From positions 74,840,331-74,877,360 of the forward strand of contig NC_068983.1 in the NCBI RefSeq assembly GCF_001194135.2: a stretch of 37,030 nucleotides of DNA. The letters run 5' to 3'. Below the pieces are notes generated by a model. It ran no database searches and was not told where the DNA came from. It saw only the letters and a program-made list of their open reading frames with translations. The position numbers and the translations under genes are program-made. The DNA is from Octopus bimaculoides (Eukaryota). Shown in pieces: positions 1 to 12,110 of this stretch. The first letter of the stretch is position 1. The number at the start of each line of letters is the position of its first letter.

Positions 1-76
1 TCATTGTTAACAAAAATTCATTACTATTTCTTCTCTACGCCGAGGGCCGTTCTTAGTAGCATTATCAGCCTCCAAA

Positions 77-280
77 AGGCGGCAAGCTGTCAGAATCATT
101 AGCACACACCAAGCAGAATCCTTCGTGCCATTTTTCCGGCTTTACGTTCCGAGTTCAAATTCTATCGAGGTCGACTGTACCTTTCATCCTTTCGGGGTTG
201 AAAAATAAAATCCAGTACAACACTGGTATCGATATAATCGAATAATACCCACCCCCATACGTTTCAGGTCATTTGCATAT
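77..280 (+). mobile_element. tRNA-derived SINE, octopus-type family A
   Basis: Head aggcggcaagctgtcagaatcattag (A-box-like), gagttcaaatt (B-box-like) and core gaggtcgac...ctttcatcctttcgggg. The same motifs recur at 1092-1300, 4300-4600, 14690-14890(-), 18030-18170(-), 22455-22590, 30690-30850(-) and 36690-36830(-). Confidence 0.8.
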
Positions 281-321
281 TGTATTTCAATGTTCCGAAT
301 AATTAAATACTCTGTACCTTC

Positions 322-525
322 TCTTTTATTCTTTTTCTTGTTTCAGTCAATTGACTGCGGCCATGCTGGAGCATGGCCTTTAGTCGAACAAATCCACTTA
401 TGCTTTGCATGCCTAGTACTTATTTTATCGATTTCTTTTGCCTAACCACTAAGTTACGGGGACGTAAACACACCAACATCGGTTGTCAAGTGATGGTGAG
501 GGACAAACACAGACAAACAAATAAA

Positions 526-557
<32 letters not shown>

Positions 558-719
558 AGACGGGCTTCTTTCAGTTGCTGTCTACCAAATCCACAGAAGG
601 CTTTGGTCAGCCCGAGGCTATAGTGGAAGACACTTACCCAAGGTTCCACGCAGTGTGACTGAATCCGGAACCACGTGGTTGAAAAGCAAGCTTCTTACCA
701 CACAGCCACTCCTGCGCCT
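322..719 (-). mobile_element. tRNA-derived CORE-like SINE, family B, with internal (TACA)n
   Basis: The reverse complement matches the near-intact copy at 26828-27250: aggcgcaggagtggctgtgtggtaag head, CORE-like ccttgggtaagtgtctt, internal microsatellite and ccagcatggccgcagtc...gaaacaag tail. Confidence 0.85.
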
Positions 720-1091
720 AGTAGTTACTCATTGACTGCAAGCAAAAACATACAACGATTAAAACTGATCCCCTTGATCCGAGAAGCCGTCGGGCAACTG
801 CTCAGTGTGTCATGCTTAACACAGGATTGCCTCCGCTGTAATACGAATATTGCTATAAATATTGTTATTGATGTTTAGTTCAAGGTTAACCCACATCACA
901 AAGAGCTGTAATCAAGGGCATACCAGCCGTGACTATTTGTATATTTTTATGCACATTATGTTAATTAATATGTCTTTCCTACTTCAAGATGATAACATTT
1001 TATTGGAGAAAAATTTGCTTACCATTTGGTTACCATTTCCAGCACATGGAAGCGATTCTACAGACACGCTTTTGTTAATCGGGTACTTAGA

Positions 1092-1300
1092 AAGCGATGA
1101 CTTGGCAGAATCGTTACCGCGTCGGGAAAATTTCTTAGGGGCATATCTTTCGTCTTTTTATGTTCTGAGTTCAAATTCGGCTGAGGTCAACTTTGCTTTT
1201 CATCCTTTCGGGGTCGATGAAATAAGTACTAATCAGGTAGTGGGGGTTAATGCAATCGACTTACTCCTTCTCTAAAACTGCTGACCTTGTGCCAAAAATT
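1092..1300 (+). mobile_element. SINE family A copy
   Basis: tggcagaatcgtta ... gttctgagttcaaattcggctgaggtcaactttgcttttcatcctttcggggtcgat ... ccttgtgcc. It accounts for the 3' half of ORF 862-1275. Confidence 0.85.
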
Positions 1301-3859
1301 AAGTCCTATATTCAGGTACTAAGATATGAGCTCGTTATGAATCGGATCGTATTGATCCTATTTTTAATAGCTTAGTCATTGGAGCAAGAGTAGGGCCCAT
1401 GACTGATGACAAATTACAACACGTGTGACTGTAGTATAAGACAAATCATCTGATTGATAAATCGGTGATTTCTTTTGAAAATCTGTAATACATTGGATTC
1501 TGCCAAAGGCACTCTAGGCCAAGGTAGTAGTGTTAAATAGGACGACGAATTGAAACTGCAAGACGAGAAATTTTGTCTACTACAGACTCGATGATATAGT
1601 GGGAGACTCCTTCTCGAGTGCAGTGCACATACCGAAGTGAACTCTTTTTAACACACGGTCTGTTTGGTGCCATTTTATTCTACCTACACCATCAATACTA
1701 ATTAGGGTAGCATAAACATCGAAAATATTTACAGCTTCTATCTACATTTTTCCATAGTGACGAAGGAAGCCAAAGCCATATTATTCTTTTACAACATACT
1801 TTTCCTTTTCATTATAGATTTGGTTCTTATTTGTCAGTTTATGAACTCACATAATAAGAATAAAATAGTGTTGACGCGTGTACCGTTACCTGTTATTCAT
1901 ACTTCAACGAGAGCAATCTGAAGCAAATATTTAAAAGCATCAGCTAAGATAATATTTAAGTCTTCTTTTTCAGCATTTTTTCAGTATTTATAACCTTTAA
2001 AAGATGAATACTGGTCTACGAATATTATCTGTTTGGCAATTATAAATGCTGGTTATAAACAGTAGGCTTACAGATAGATTTTATGAGTTGTTTCTCAAAG
2101 TACTGAAACTGATAAGTAAGGTAGCTCAATTAGTTAGTTTAGTCATCAAAAGACTCACATGGAATAGGTGAGTGTAGATTTCCATAGCATCAAGTAGATG
2201 ACAGAAATATCTCTGGTTAGTACGTTAATTAAAGATAGCTTTACCGGAGGTTGAAATTAAGCTCGACGCAGCAAACTAATGATTCGCTCATCAATTTCAA
2301 CATGTTCTTACTGTCTATAGCATTGAATTACATCAGATACAGCATCTAGTAGATATTCTCACGGCAATCTAAATGCATTGTTCCTGAAGAAACTCAACGG
2401 AATACTAGAGATAATGTGAGAACCGTTGTCTCCTCGTCTGATTTTCTGATATCATGTCTGTTGGTACTTCGTATAAGAATACGAATTATTAATAACTTTA
2501 AACTAATAAGAAAGGCGTATTTTTAAATAAACACCTCTTTAACTTAAAGAAGGTTTGTTAATATCATATCTCTCCTTCTCAGAATACAGTCTCTTTTATC
2601 TGAGTGATTATTGTTTTTATTCAGACCAGTAGAATACATGTAAGCTTAGAATGAATCGGGTTCATAATTCTGTTTAAATTTTCGTTTGAAACATCTTCAT
2701 TGCGCTTACTTTGCTAATTACATTAAAAACATGAACATCGCAAAATCTCATTTATTTTCATTTAAAATGTGAGGTTCTGGTGGTTAAGTAATAAATAAGT
2801 GTTCGTTTTGTTGTATCTGCAAAATGATGGCAGCTTTTGGCTAATAGAAAAACAAATTTTCTTTACATATTTTTTTTAAGACTGAAGTCACTTTTGAAAA
2901 ATACTCAGATATTTCAAGAAAAGATTTTTGTAATGCATTTATTTCATTTCATTTTGACATGTTCGACGTCGCTTTTTAGAAATGTATTGCGTTTAAAATA
3001 GTTACTAATATCTCACTTTCTTTTTTCTACATGTTCTTCGATGATAGTTTGTCAGCGTTCAGAAATTCTTCAGAGACAATTCGGTTATCAATTAGAATTG
3101 AAACATTGATAATGTCTTTTGTTGTTGCTACTGCTGCTGCCACTGTGTAAACCCCAGTCGATTTTGTTTTAGCAGGTCTTTGTAATCGATACTGTTGTGT
3201 TCGCTGTTTAAGTAGGAGTGGCTATAAACAACAACAACGATTACGATGGGTTTCCTAGATCATAACTGACCCTGGGTTACTTATTAATAAAAATATAGAT
3301 TACTCAGATATTTACTATTTGACAATGAAATCATTTAAGTCATTTCCGGTTTGAATGTTCTAAAATCTCTCTTAATCAAAAGATAAAATTTCTTAAAAAT
3401 ATTTTAATAAATTTCTGAAGATTTTCTGGAAATAACATGCGGGTTTGAAATTCATTCTTCAGAGGTTTGAAATTCATTCTTCTAACATGGAGCTTGCAGA
3501 GTATAGTTGAAATGTAGCTTTCATTGAACAAGCAGTTTGCTACTATTGATAAAGTATCATATTTACTGTCTTCGTAGGATATCTGCACCAGATGCAATTA
3601 TTTAAAGGTAGATGTTTCCTTGTGTTTAATTGGTTCATTCCTGTATTGCAAGCATCATTTTGTGTAGATCATGAAATATTTTCGGTAATATTACAAATGT
3701 TTTCAGCCATTTTAAAAAAAACATGCATTCTTCTCGGATCGATAAAAATAACTTCCAGTTATACATAACTAAGTCGATTAAACTGAGTGACTTTTCTCTT
3801 AGAAAATGATAACCTTGTAGTAAAGTCAAAGTTTGTAGGACGTCAAAAAATGATACCTG

Positions 3860-4755
<896 letters not shown>

Positions 4756-4979
4756 TTGATTTTGTTGTTGCTACTACCGTTGTTCGCGAAGATTAGTTCT
4801 AAGAGAGTCGATAGAATTCAATTGAAGACAAAAGATATATGTATGTCAAGATTTTATTTAAATATATAAAGACAATGACGGTAAACAAAGTCTAGTATCT
4901 AATCAAGTACAACATTAAGTTTAACAGTAAACAAAATGAATATCTAATCTCTTGTGTTTTTTTTATAATTCATTGACAT

Positions 4980-5095
4980 TCTATCTATCTACCTATCTAG
5001 CTAGCTATCGATCTGTCTGTATGTATGTATGTCTGTTTGTCTGTCTGTCTATCTACCTATCTATCTGTCTATCTATCTATCTATCTATCTACCTC
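4980..5095. repeat. (TCTA/TCTG)n tetranucleotide microsatellite
   Basis: Read directly. Confidence 0.95.
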
Positions 5096-5746
5096 CAACT
5101 TAAAATTTTCGATTCTCCAACTTAAAATTTTCTATCATGAATACTATCGCGCCTCGTTCCTTGAAAAGGGAAGGAAGAGCCATTTTCATCGTACTTGTGG
5201 CTATGGCGAAAGAATGTGTATGGCGAACGCGTCTGAGAGGTCAAGAGGCAAATACTTTCCTCTCTGGTCAATCTCTCATCAACTTCTTGAACTATCATTT
5301 GAAGAAGAAGGTGAGAGTAGAGAGGGAAGTTTTGTCTGGTGAATGTTTAAAAAAAAGATGGGTGAATGTAGCAAGGATGGCACGTGTGATTGACGAAGCC
5401 ACCTTGAACATAATCCTATGAACCAAAACAAAAAAGGGAAAAAAGAGTCACTTACTGTAATGCGTCTTGTTTTTTTTTTGTTTGTTTTTTTTTGCATGAC
5501 ATTATTGCCCGAGGTTACCGTGGTCTTTTCTGCAGGCTTTTCTTACCACGGATAGACCTAATCTGTTTCCCCTTTTTACACTATGACATTTCTGTGATAC
5601 ACGATCGGCTTTTTTTTAACGATCCCTTTTGATCGAATTTCTACCCCACCCTTTCCTTTTTTCTTTTCCTTCTCTTCTTAAAAAGAAAAGCTCTATTTTG
5701 TATTTTGTCCCTTCTGTGTTCACCCTGTGTAGCCAATAAAGAAACG
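5096..5746 (+). mobile_element. 5'-truncated Tx1/L1-clade LINE (ORF2 C-terminus plus 3' UTR) with 10-bp TSD
   Basis: ORF 5137-5421 (AIFIVLVAMAKECVWRTR...FLSGQSLINFLNYHLKKKVRVER...KRWVNVA) resembles Tx1-type ORF2 C-termini (AK.xIWxxR motif). A T-rich 3' UTR ends in aataaagaaa. Identical tatctacctc lies at 5086-5095 and 5747-5756. Confidence 0.7.
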
Positions 5747-5844
5747 TATCTACCTCTTTCTTCTCCCTTTCCCTATCTTTTTTCTTTCCTCTTGTCTAAA
5801 CCTCACTTCCCTTATGTTCAGTCTTGATCACACTCATGCACTCT

Positions 5845-5882
5845 CTTCTCTCTCTCTTTCTCTCTCTCTCTCTTTCTCTCTT

Positions 5883-5929
<47 letters not shown>
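5845..5929. repeat. (CT)n microsatellite
   Basis: Read directly. Confidence 0.97.
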
Positions 5930-5932
<3 letters not shown>

Positions 5933-6699
5933 CATTTATACATACATTCATGTGTACATTCGTACGTATACACATATACACACTAATACTCGCTCATACA
6001 AGTACATGTATAGACAAAGCATTGACGTCAGGTTTCTTTCAACAGTTAAAAAGTAGTTTGGCCGTTGCCTCTAGCATTCATTTGTTCTTAATGTCTTATC
6101 TACTGTGCTGGCTTTTGAGTTCTAACATATTTGTAACTCCTGCCGAACGAATAACAAACAGTTTGAACAGCATTTCAATGTTTCACGCCTAAAATTTCCT
6201 GCATTCTCTGAAATTCTTGGGCTTCATGTGCACTAGGATACGACTGGGATACATGAAATTCTGCCAATATAATTTACGTGGAGATTCCACAGATTTACTT
6301 GCCCTAGTAGTAATATCAGTTAAATTTCCTTCAAATCACACTGTAATATCTTGAATAAAGAAATGCTAATCCTACATGATCCTTAAAATATTTAGTAGTA
6401 GCGTGAGGAATGCCTCCTAGTATATATGTAATACATCATAGCTAACCTGAGGATAAACAAGAACTTCAACATGAACAACAGAAATAACAAGAATATCGTC
6501 GACAACAACTACCTAATATCATATTGCATGCCAGGAGATAGCTTGTCTAATACAAAAAAAGGTAGGGGAAATTCAATGTTACCATGGAGCCAATATTTAG
6601 ATGCTGATGAGATGAACGAGGTTGGCAGTGCAACAAAGACAACCATCCACTAATACAAAACAAACGCAAATAATTTTGAGGCGGAAGCAGTGCTTCACA

Positions 6700-7150
6700 G
6701 ACTCCCCACCAAAAAAACAAAAGCTGAACTCTCAGTCATCTAGGAGCAGAGAAAGAAAGACAGTTTCGTTTAGCGTATCTTTCAAGATGAATCAATAACT
6801 TCCCTATTGTTATTATATTACAACTCTTTAAGAAAAATGACAATACCTAATCTTTTTGATGCGAAAAATTACAAGAGTACTGGAAACAACCGTAGCGACA
6901 GCAGTGATGTAATAGCTGCAATAAACCAGATCCTTATATAAAACAAGAATTACCTAATGCCCAAATGACACAGGCAACTAAGAAAGTGCAACATCTGTGT
7001 AACAAAGAAACGATTTAATAAAAGCCGTCTACGTCAATACAAAGACTCTTTCAAGAATTGCTCCCAGATGAGCACAATGACTCTTTCCAAATACATATGG
7101 ACTATGAAAGGGAAGACAGAAAATACCACTATTTCATAGGAAATGTTTGT
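6700..7150 (+). mobile_element. Highly degraded Penelope-like element, GIY-YIG endonuclease-end remnant
   Basis: The frame from 7008 reads KRFNKSRLRQYKDSFKN...TLSKYIWTMKGK...TIS*EMF. This resembles PLE endonuclease C-termini of the type HKSSF...TLSKYIWxLK...IxW, with TAG at 7137 in place of the expected Trp. Upstream similarity is weak. Confidence 0.45.
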
Positions 7151-8117
7151 CGAGTAGAGATATAAAACGTCTGTTTAATTACTGTGCATTTCAGCTAATG
7201 TACCACGCAAACTGAAAGTCAATGTCTGCCAGCCGTTATTAGTAGAAATGTAAGCAGACCGTAGTATAGAGACACATACAGGCATGTGCGCACATACACA
7301 CTCAACCACATAGACAAACATACATATATATATATTTATATATACTAACACATACACGCATATATGTATATCTACCTATCTATTCCCCTCTCTTTCTCTC
7401 AATATAAATATATATATCTATATATATATATAGTTCATTACATATATATACATGAGTAACAGTGCCTTGTACGTTTTTGTACATGTTTGAATGTCTGCGC
7501 GCATGTTTGAATAGTTTTCTTCCTGTGTCTGCAAGCTGATTGTGTATATGCTAATAATATACATTAAACTGTTTCACTGCATTCAGTAAAATCATTTCTC
7601 ACCGGGCCACTGGGTAATGTTATTATTCTGGAAGAATTATTTTCGTTTTTTAAGCCACTGGTTATGAATAGCAGACTTTTCACACATAGAGGTCTTCCTG
7701 TAGAATAATGTTCATGCTCTACTTCGTCTTGTGCTAAATGTCAAAAACTGAAACTGTTCAGCGTATAATGGAGACATAAGTACTGAAGTCTACATATATT
7801 TAAAAAGTACGTAGAAGAAGAAGGATATAGGTTCAGCATAAAACAACAAATAATAACAACAATAAATACCTGAAGAAAAACAGAAAAAGAAAAGAAAGTC
7901 ACAATTCTTGATCCATTAATTTGTCGAAGCTTTTTCGTTGTTGTTGATTTTGAATCACTCTAGGGCTAATGGGAATGCTATGTCTTAGAGCAATGACAAG
8001 CATCCAATGAAAATATAATAAAACGAAACTGACATGATATCTGCTTGACAACATAATCATTTCTATAACTGCATAGAGAACTTTAAATTGTAATTCTGAA
8101 AAGAATTTCATATCCAA

Positions 8118-8455
8118 AGGCGCAGGTATGTCTATGTGGTAAGAAGTCTGCTTCCCGATCACATGGTTTGGGGTTCAGGTCTATTGCTTCCCAACCAAAA
8201 GGTCTTTCAATAAACGTTATTTAAGGATAATGAGCAAAACACCTATGTTTCCAAGGATGACTTATTGAAACCCAAAAGAATTCTTCTCAACACGTGGTTA
8301 TGGTGCTCCACCTCTATTCTTGCCCATGATTAGAGATGCGCATATCGTCAGCCACTAAGGGACATGCTTATACTGGTTAAAGTCTAGCAACAGAATGTAT
8401 GCTGTAACCAATCTTTTACTGCAACACATAGCATTTACATGTTAACACTTCCTGG
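8118..8455 (+). mobile_element. tRNA-derived SINE with a family B-like head and a different 3' part
   Basis: aggcgcagg...gtggtaagaagtctgcttccc...cacatggttt...gggttcag head, followed by gagatgcgcatatcgtcagccactaagggacatgc, ending at a (TTA)n array. Confidence 0.6.
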
Positions 8456-8457
8456 TA

Positions 8458-8458
8458 C

Positions 8459-8521
<63 letters not shown>

Positions 8522-8522
8522 C

Positions 8523-8580
<58 letters not shown>
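8458..8580. repeat. Compound (TTA)n-(GTA)n microsatellite
   Basis: Read directly. Confidence 0.97.
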
Positions 8581-8887
8581 ATATAGAGAGAAGAGTTCCT
8601 TACTTGATTACGATTGACACAATCCATCACTAAGGTAAACATAGCTGACGTAATCCATCACCAACGCAAGCTTAATGACGAAAAGCGCGACTCGAAAGCA
8701 ATTTCGAACCTGTTGAAGGCGTGCGAGATGCCGAAATATCGTTCAACTTCAAATAAATAACTGCTGCTCTCGTTTGTGCGAGCAGTCGAGTTTATTTCAG
8801 ATATTCTCATTTTAAAAATCATCTCTGATTAATCGGTGAGAGAACGTTGGTGTTGCCTTGGCGGAGATTTGCGCTCTATGAGTGTTC

Positions 8888-9187
8888 TTATTATTATAGT
8901 ATGTTTGACTTTTGCTTTTTATTTGTACTAGTTTACTCCAAGTCTCGCCTAGAGACCTTAAGAGACAACAAGTTAGAAGTTCAGGCTGGTGTTATGTCTA
9001 TGGTGTCATATATTATTCTAGAGAATGTTTAAGAAGACAAGAAAATTATAAGTCTATTTTAAAATTTGAGATTTCATAAACATATTTAACGTAGGGTATG
9101 GGCTGTTCCCATGAGCACTATCTTTTGAATTTCTGCCATTTGCGGGTTCCTGATATCTGAGCTAGATAGGAATCAGCCCCTTTTGCT
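8888..9187 (-). mobile_element. R4/Dong-like (RLE) LINE extreme 3' fragment plus 3' UTR
   Basis: The minus strand reads NPQMAEIQKIVLMGTAHTLR* (stop at 9086-9088), matching the QKxxLxGTAxILRK terminus of RLE-bearing LINEs. The UTR ends in caaaagtcaaacatac-tataataataa. Confidence 0.7.
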
Positions 9188-9198
9188 TATTATTATTA

Positions 9199-9232
<34 letters not shown>

Positions 9233-9265
9233 TGTTGTTGTTGCTGCTGCTGTTATTATTATTAT
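9188..9265. repeat. Mixed (TTA)/(TTG)/(CTG) trinucleotide microsatellite
   Basis: Read directly. It separates the two R4/Dong-like fragments. Confidence 0.95.
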
Positions 9266-9299
9266 ACTCGCAAAAGATTAGACTGTTGGAAAAGAAAAA

Positions 9300-9925
9300 T
9301 TCTTAAAATCAGGCTACAACAAGAAACCTTAGATGTCAAGAACCCTCTTAAGTATCCTAGCTGTCCATAATAACACTGTTTTCCGGAGCTGTACAAAACT
9401 AGTTTTTATGCCTATTTCCTCTATCCATCTGTTCAAATATTCGCGGATAGTTCGTAATGCACCTGCGTAACTCCCGGTGGATTACTCTCCCTAGGTTGTC
9501 ATGTCTTTTTTGTGTATTCTTCACTTACTATATTCACTTACTATATGAGCAACACTTCCCTCTTTTGATTTGCATAACCTACATTGGGAATCTACTTGTT
9601 TTTTTTTATCTTGGCTTTAATGCAATTAGTCCTTAATGCTTGATCTTGTGCTGCTACTTACAAACTTTTTTCTCCCTTTTGAGCTTTCCTTTCTGCAACC
9701 ATGACTATATCTCACTACTATTATTTGCTGCAACTATCTTTGGGAATCTACCATGCAAAGCCTTCTCCTGCCAGTCAGATAAGTTTTGTTCTTTTTTCTG
9801 GTTTTTAACTTTGCTTGGCGTTTTGGTTTCCCTATGTCTTGCTGTGACTCTCGTAGCTCTTAATAAACTTTCTTCACTATTACCTACATAGCAGTCTATA
9901 TCTAGTCTAGCTAACTTAACGATTA
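9300..9925 (-). mobile_element. R4/Dong-like LINE 3' fragment with CCHC zinc-knuckle region, internally deleted and frameshifted
   Basis: Minus-strand pieces: DWQEKALHGRF; SWLQKGKLKRE; VAAQDQALRTNCIKAKI; CRLCKSKEGSVAHIVSE; RHDNLGRVIHREL; GALRTIREYLNRWIEEIGIKTSFVQLRKTVLLWTARILKRVLDI* (stop at 9329-9331). These are characteristic of the R4/Dong ORF C-terminus. Confidence 0.85.
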
Positions 9926-10283
9926 TTATTATTAGATACTTTAGGAGTTGTTACAGATGCTGTTTTGAGTTTACTTTTGTCGTGCTTAATAACGTGTAAC
10001 ATTAGTTAAATTTATTATGAATAGGATATTAAATGAGGGCAGAAAGCCAGCAAATTTGTTGATTCGTTAGAGCGCCAAACAAAATGCCTTGTATTTAATT
10101 ACGGCTCTTTACATTTTTGAGTCCAAATCCTACAAAAGTATTCCACCCATGACCTTCTCAGTTTTTTATAGACATGGCATATCTTTGCTTTTCATCATTT
10201 ATATAAAGTTGCAAACTAGGGGAGATTTAATCGATTAACCCCAATCTTCCTGAAATATCAGGCCTTGTGCCTGTACTAGAAAC

Positions 10284-10334
10284 TATTATATTACATTATA
10301 TTATATTATATTATATTATATTATATTATATTAT
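10284..10334. repeat. (TTATA)n pentanucleotide microsatellite
   Basis: Read directly, following a SINE tail (ccttgtgcctgtactagaaac). Confidence 0.9.
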
Positions 10335-11399
10335 GGAAAGAGGAAATTTGATCTGAGACATGTATCTTAAGCATTAAGAGGATTTGTAGTTTTGCTATTA
10401 TTTCTGCTATCACTGCATTTTCAGTTTGATTATTCTGGTGGTGACAAGAGACGATTCGTGAAGACTTCACTGCAGACGTTGTCCTTGTGGGACGACAAAA
10501 AATTAAGATCAATGACGTCTACCAAAATAACAACAACAATAACATCGATATCGATAATTCCTAAAAGGCTATAAGATGTCAATATTTATCGTAGAAAAAT
10601 TAAATATTTCTAACAACAACGAACAATTTCAAAACAATCAAATCATCTTAATCAAACCAAGCGTCTTAAAAGCAGAACCACGCAAACACACAATGAATGG
10701 TGCAATAAAAAAAAAGGCTATGTTCTAACATTAACAACAAATAAATAAAAATAGAAAACAGATTCTGAATGGAATGCCTTTGTTGATTGGTATATTCAGT
10801 GAGCCTGGCCTGGGTTGAGCTTACATAGCAATAACATCTACAACAGCAATAACAACGCTGGTGTCTTCCAAGTGACCCAAGCAATTGATGCAAAATTTAG
10901 TAGACGAAAATTTTGTGAAGGGTCATGGAAAGGATCATGACCTGTTATGGGTAATTGACGTAATCCATCGCCCAGTTTAATATCCGGTGCTTCGCTGTCT
11001 TTAATGGAATTCACCCTCGTTCAAATAATGAATCACTTCTCCAGGCTGAGTATACCTCCCTTCTTTCCTCTCACTTGTCACGGAGGCCCTTAAAACTGTA
11101 ACTGACAATTCCTCCTTCCTCTGATTAAATCGTGTTAAATAGAATAGCAAGAGTATCGAAAAACACGACAGCTGGAAAGCAAGTCATACATTTACACTAA
11201 CGTTGACTTAACGGATATGACTGAAACTGTTACATAGAAGAAGATAATACATTTCCCGACGTTGCTGTTACTGTTGATGTTGCCGCTGCTGGTCTTTAGC
11301 CCCGCCCCCAGACCAATAGGGACAGAAAAGATCCAGGGCTAAAATCATTCCACTCATGAACTTCCCAATTCTTTGTATTGACATTGCATATCTAGAATA

Positions 11400-12110
11400 A
11401 CTTATGCTATGCCTCATCATCCGCAACTGCAGACTCTTGGATGGATCGTGGATGCCCTTCAACAATAGTTCTCGATTCATCTCTATATTCTTCTGCTGGT
11501 CTTAGTAATTGCTGCGTTTTCAGTTCACTTATCTCCGTGAAGCTATCAATCTTGACTTATTTTACTACGTTCTCTTGCTCGATGTTTTCCAGGGTTTTTT
11601 TCCGGTGACCAAAACATTTTGCGTTCACCTGCCTTTATAATATCTCCAAAATATCTAAGTTCTTATCTTCCAGGTCTTTTACAAGATTCTTTACAATTCC
11701 AATTTGGTACAACACATACAGAATTTTTTTATCTAGCTAATTCTTAGCATTCTGCACCAAAGTTGGAAACTCTCTATCTGATTAATACCGGTTTTTGTAG
11801 AGCCCAACGTTGAAATTCAAACTATGCGAGATAAGATTATATGCAGTATATTATCATGGTATTTTGTTTCGAGAGGGATGTTTGTTAACCAAAAGCTGTT
11901 TAAAGAATTAACAGCAATTTCTGTTGTTGCAAATCTATTTATCTCTTTGCTGTCATCACATTGATTTCTAATAATACTTCCATGACAGCAAACCTCATTC
12001 ACCACATTGACAGCTTTATTATGAATTATTATTGAATTATCTTGATGATCTTGGCATAATCATTGATTCCGTTTAATCAAAATTAATTGATAATCCATAT
12101 TTTTCACTGT
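11400..12110 (-). mobile_element. Degraded RTE-clade LINE, post-RT C-terminal region
   Basis: Minus-strand pieces: VVNEVCCHGSIIRNQCDDSKEINR...LNSFWLTNIPLETK (cf. VxEFxYLGSxI...SKEIxxRI); ESFQLWCRMLRIS* (cf. AFEMWCYRRMLRISW); LRYFGDIIKAGER (cf. LRYFGHIxR). Several stops and frameshifts. Confidence 0.8.

Noticed and set aside
1022-1090. Minus-strand peptide ...SLPCAGNGNQM followed by gtaagc, faintly WSC-domain-like
   Set aside because: It lacks the preceding Cys, the acceptor is poor, and no matching next exon was found.
862-1275. 137-aa ORF
   Set aside because: It is assembled from a dispersed-repeat fragment and a family A SINE, with no protein motif.
2137-2173. HQKTH zinc-finger-like peptide next to a gtgagt donor
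   Set aside because: Stops lie immediately upstream and downstream in that frame and there is no CxxC.
6023-6030. CRE palindrome TGACGTCA (also 34057-34064 and 34824-34831)
   Set aside because: An 8-mer with few occurrences, one inside a SINE, and no promoter or TSS evidence.
7599-7869. Very strong minus-strand acceptor (ctttcttttctttttctgtttttcttcag) with a gtgag donor 271 nt on
   Set aside because: All three frames contain stops and no peptide is recognisable. Polypyrimidine runs are common here by chance.
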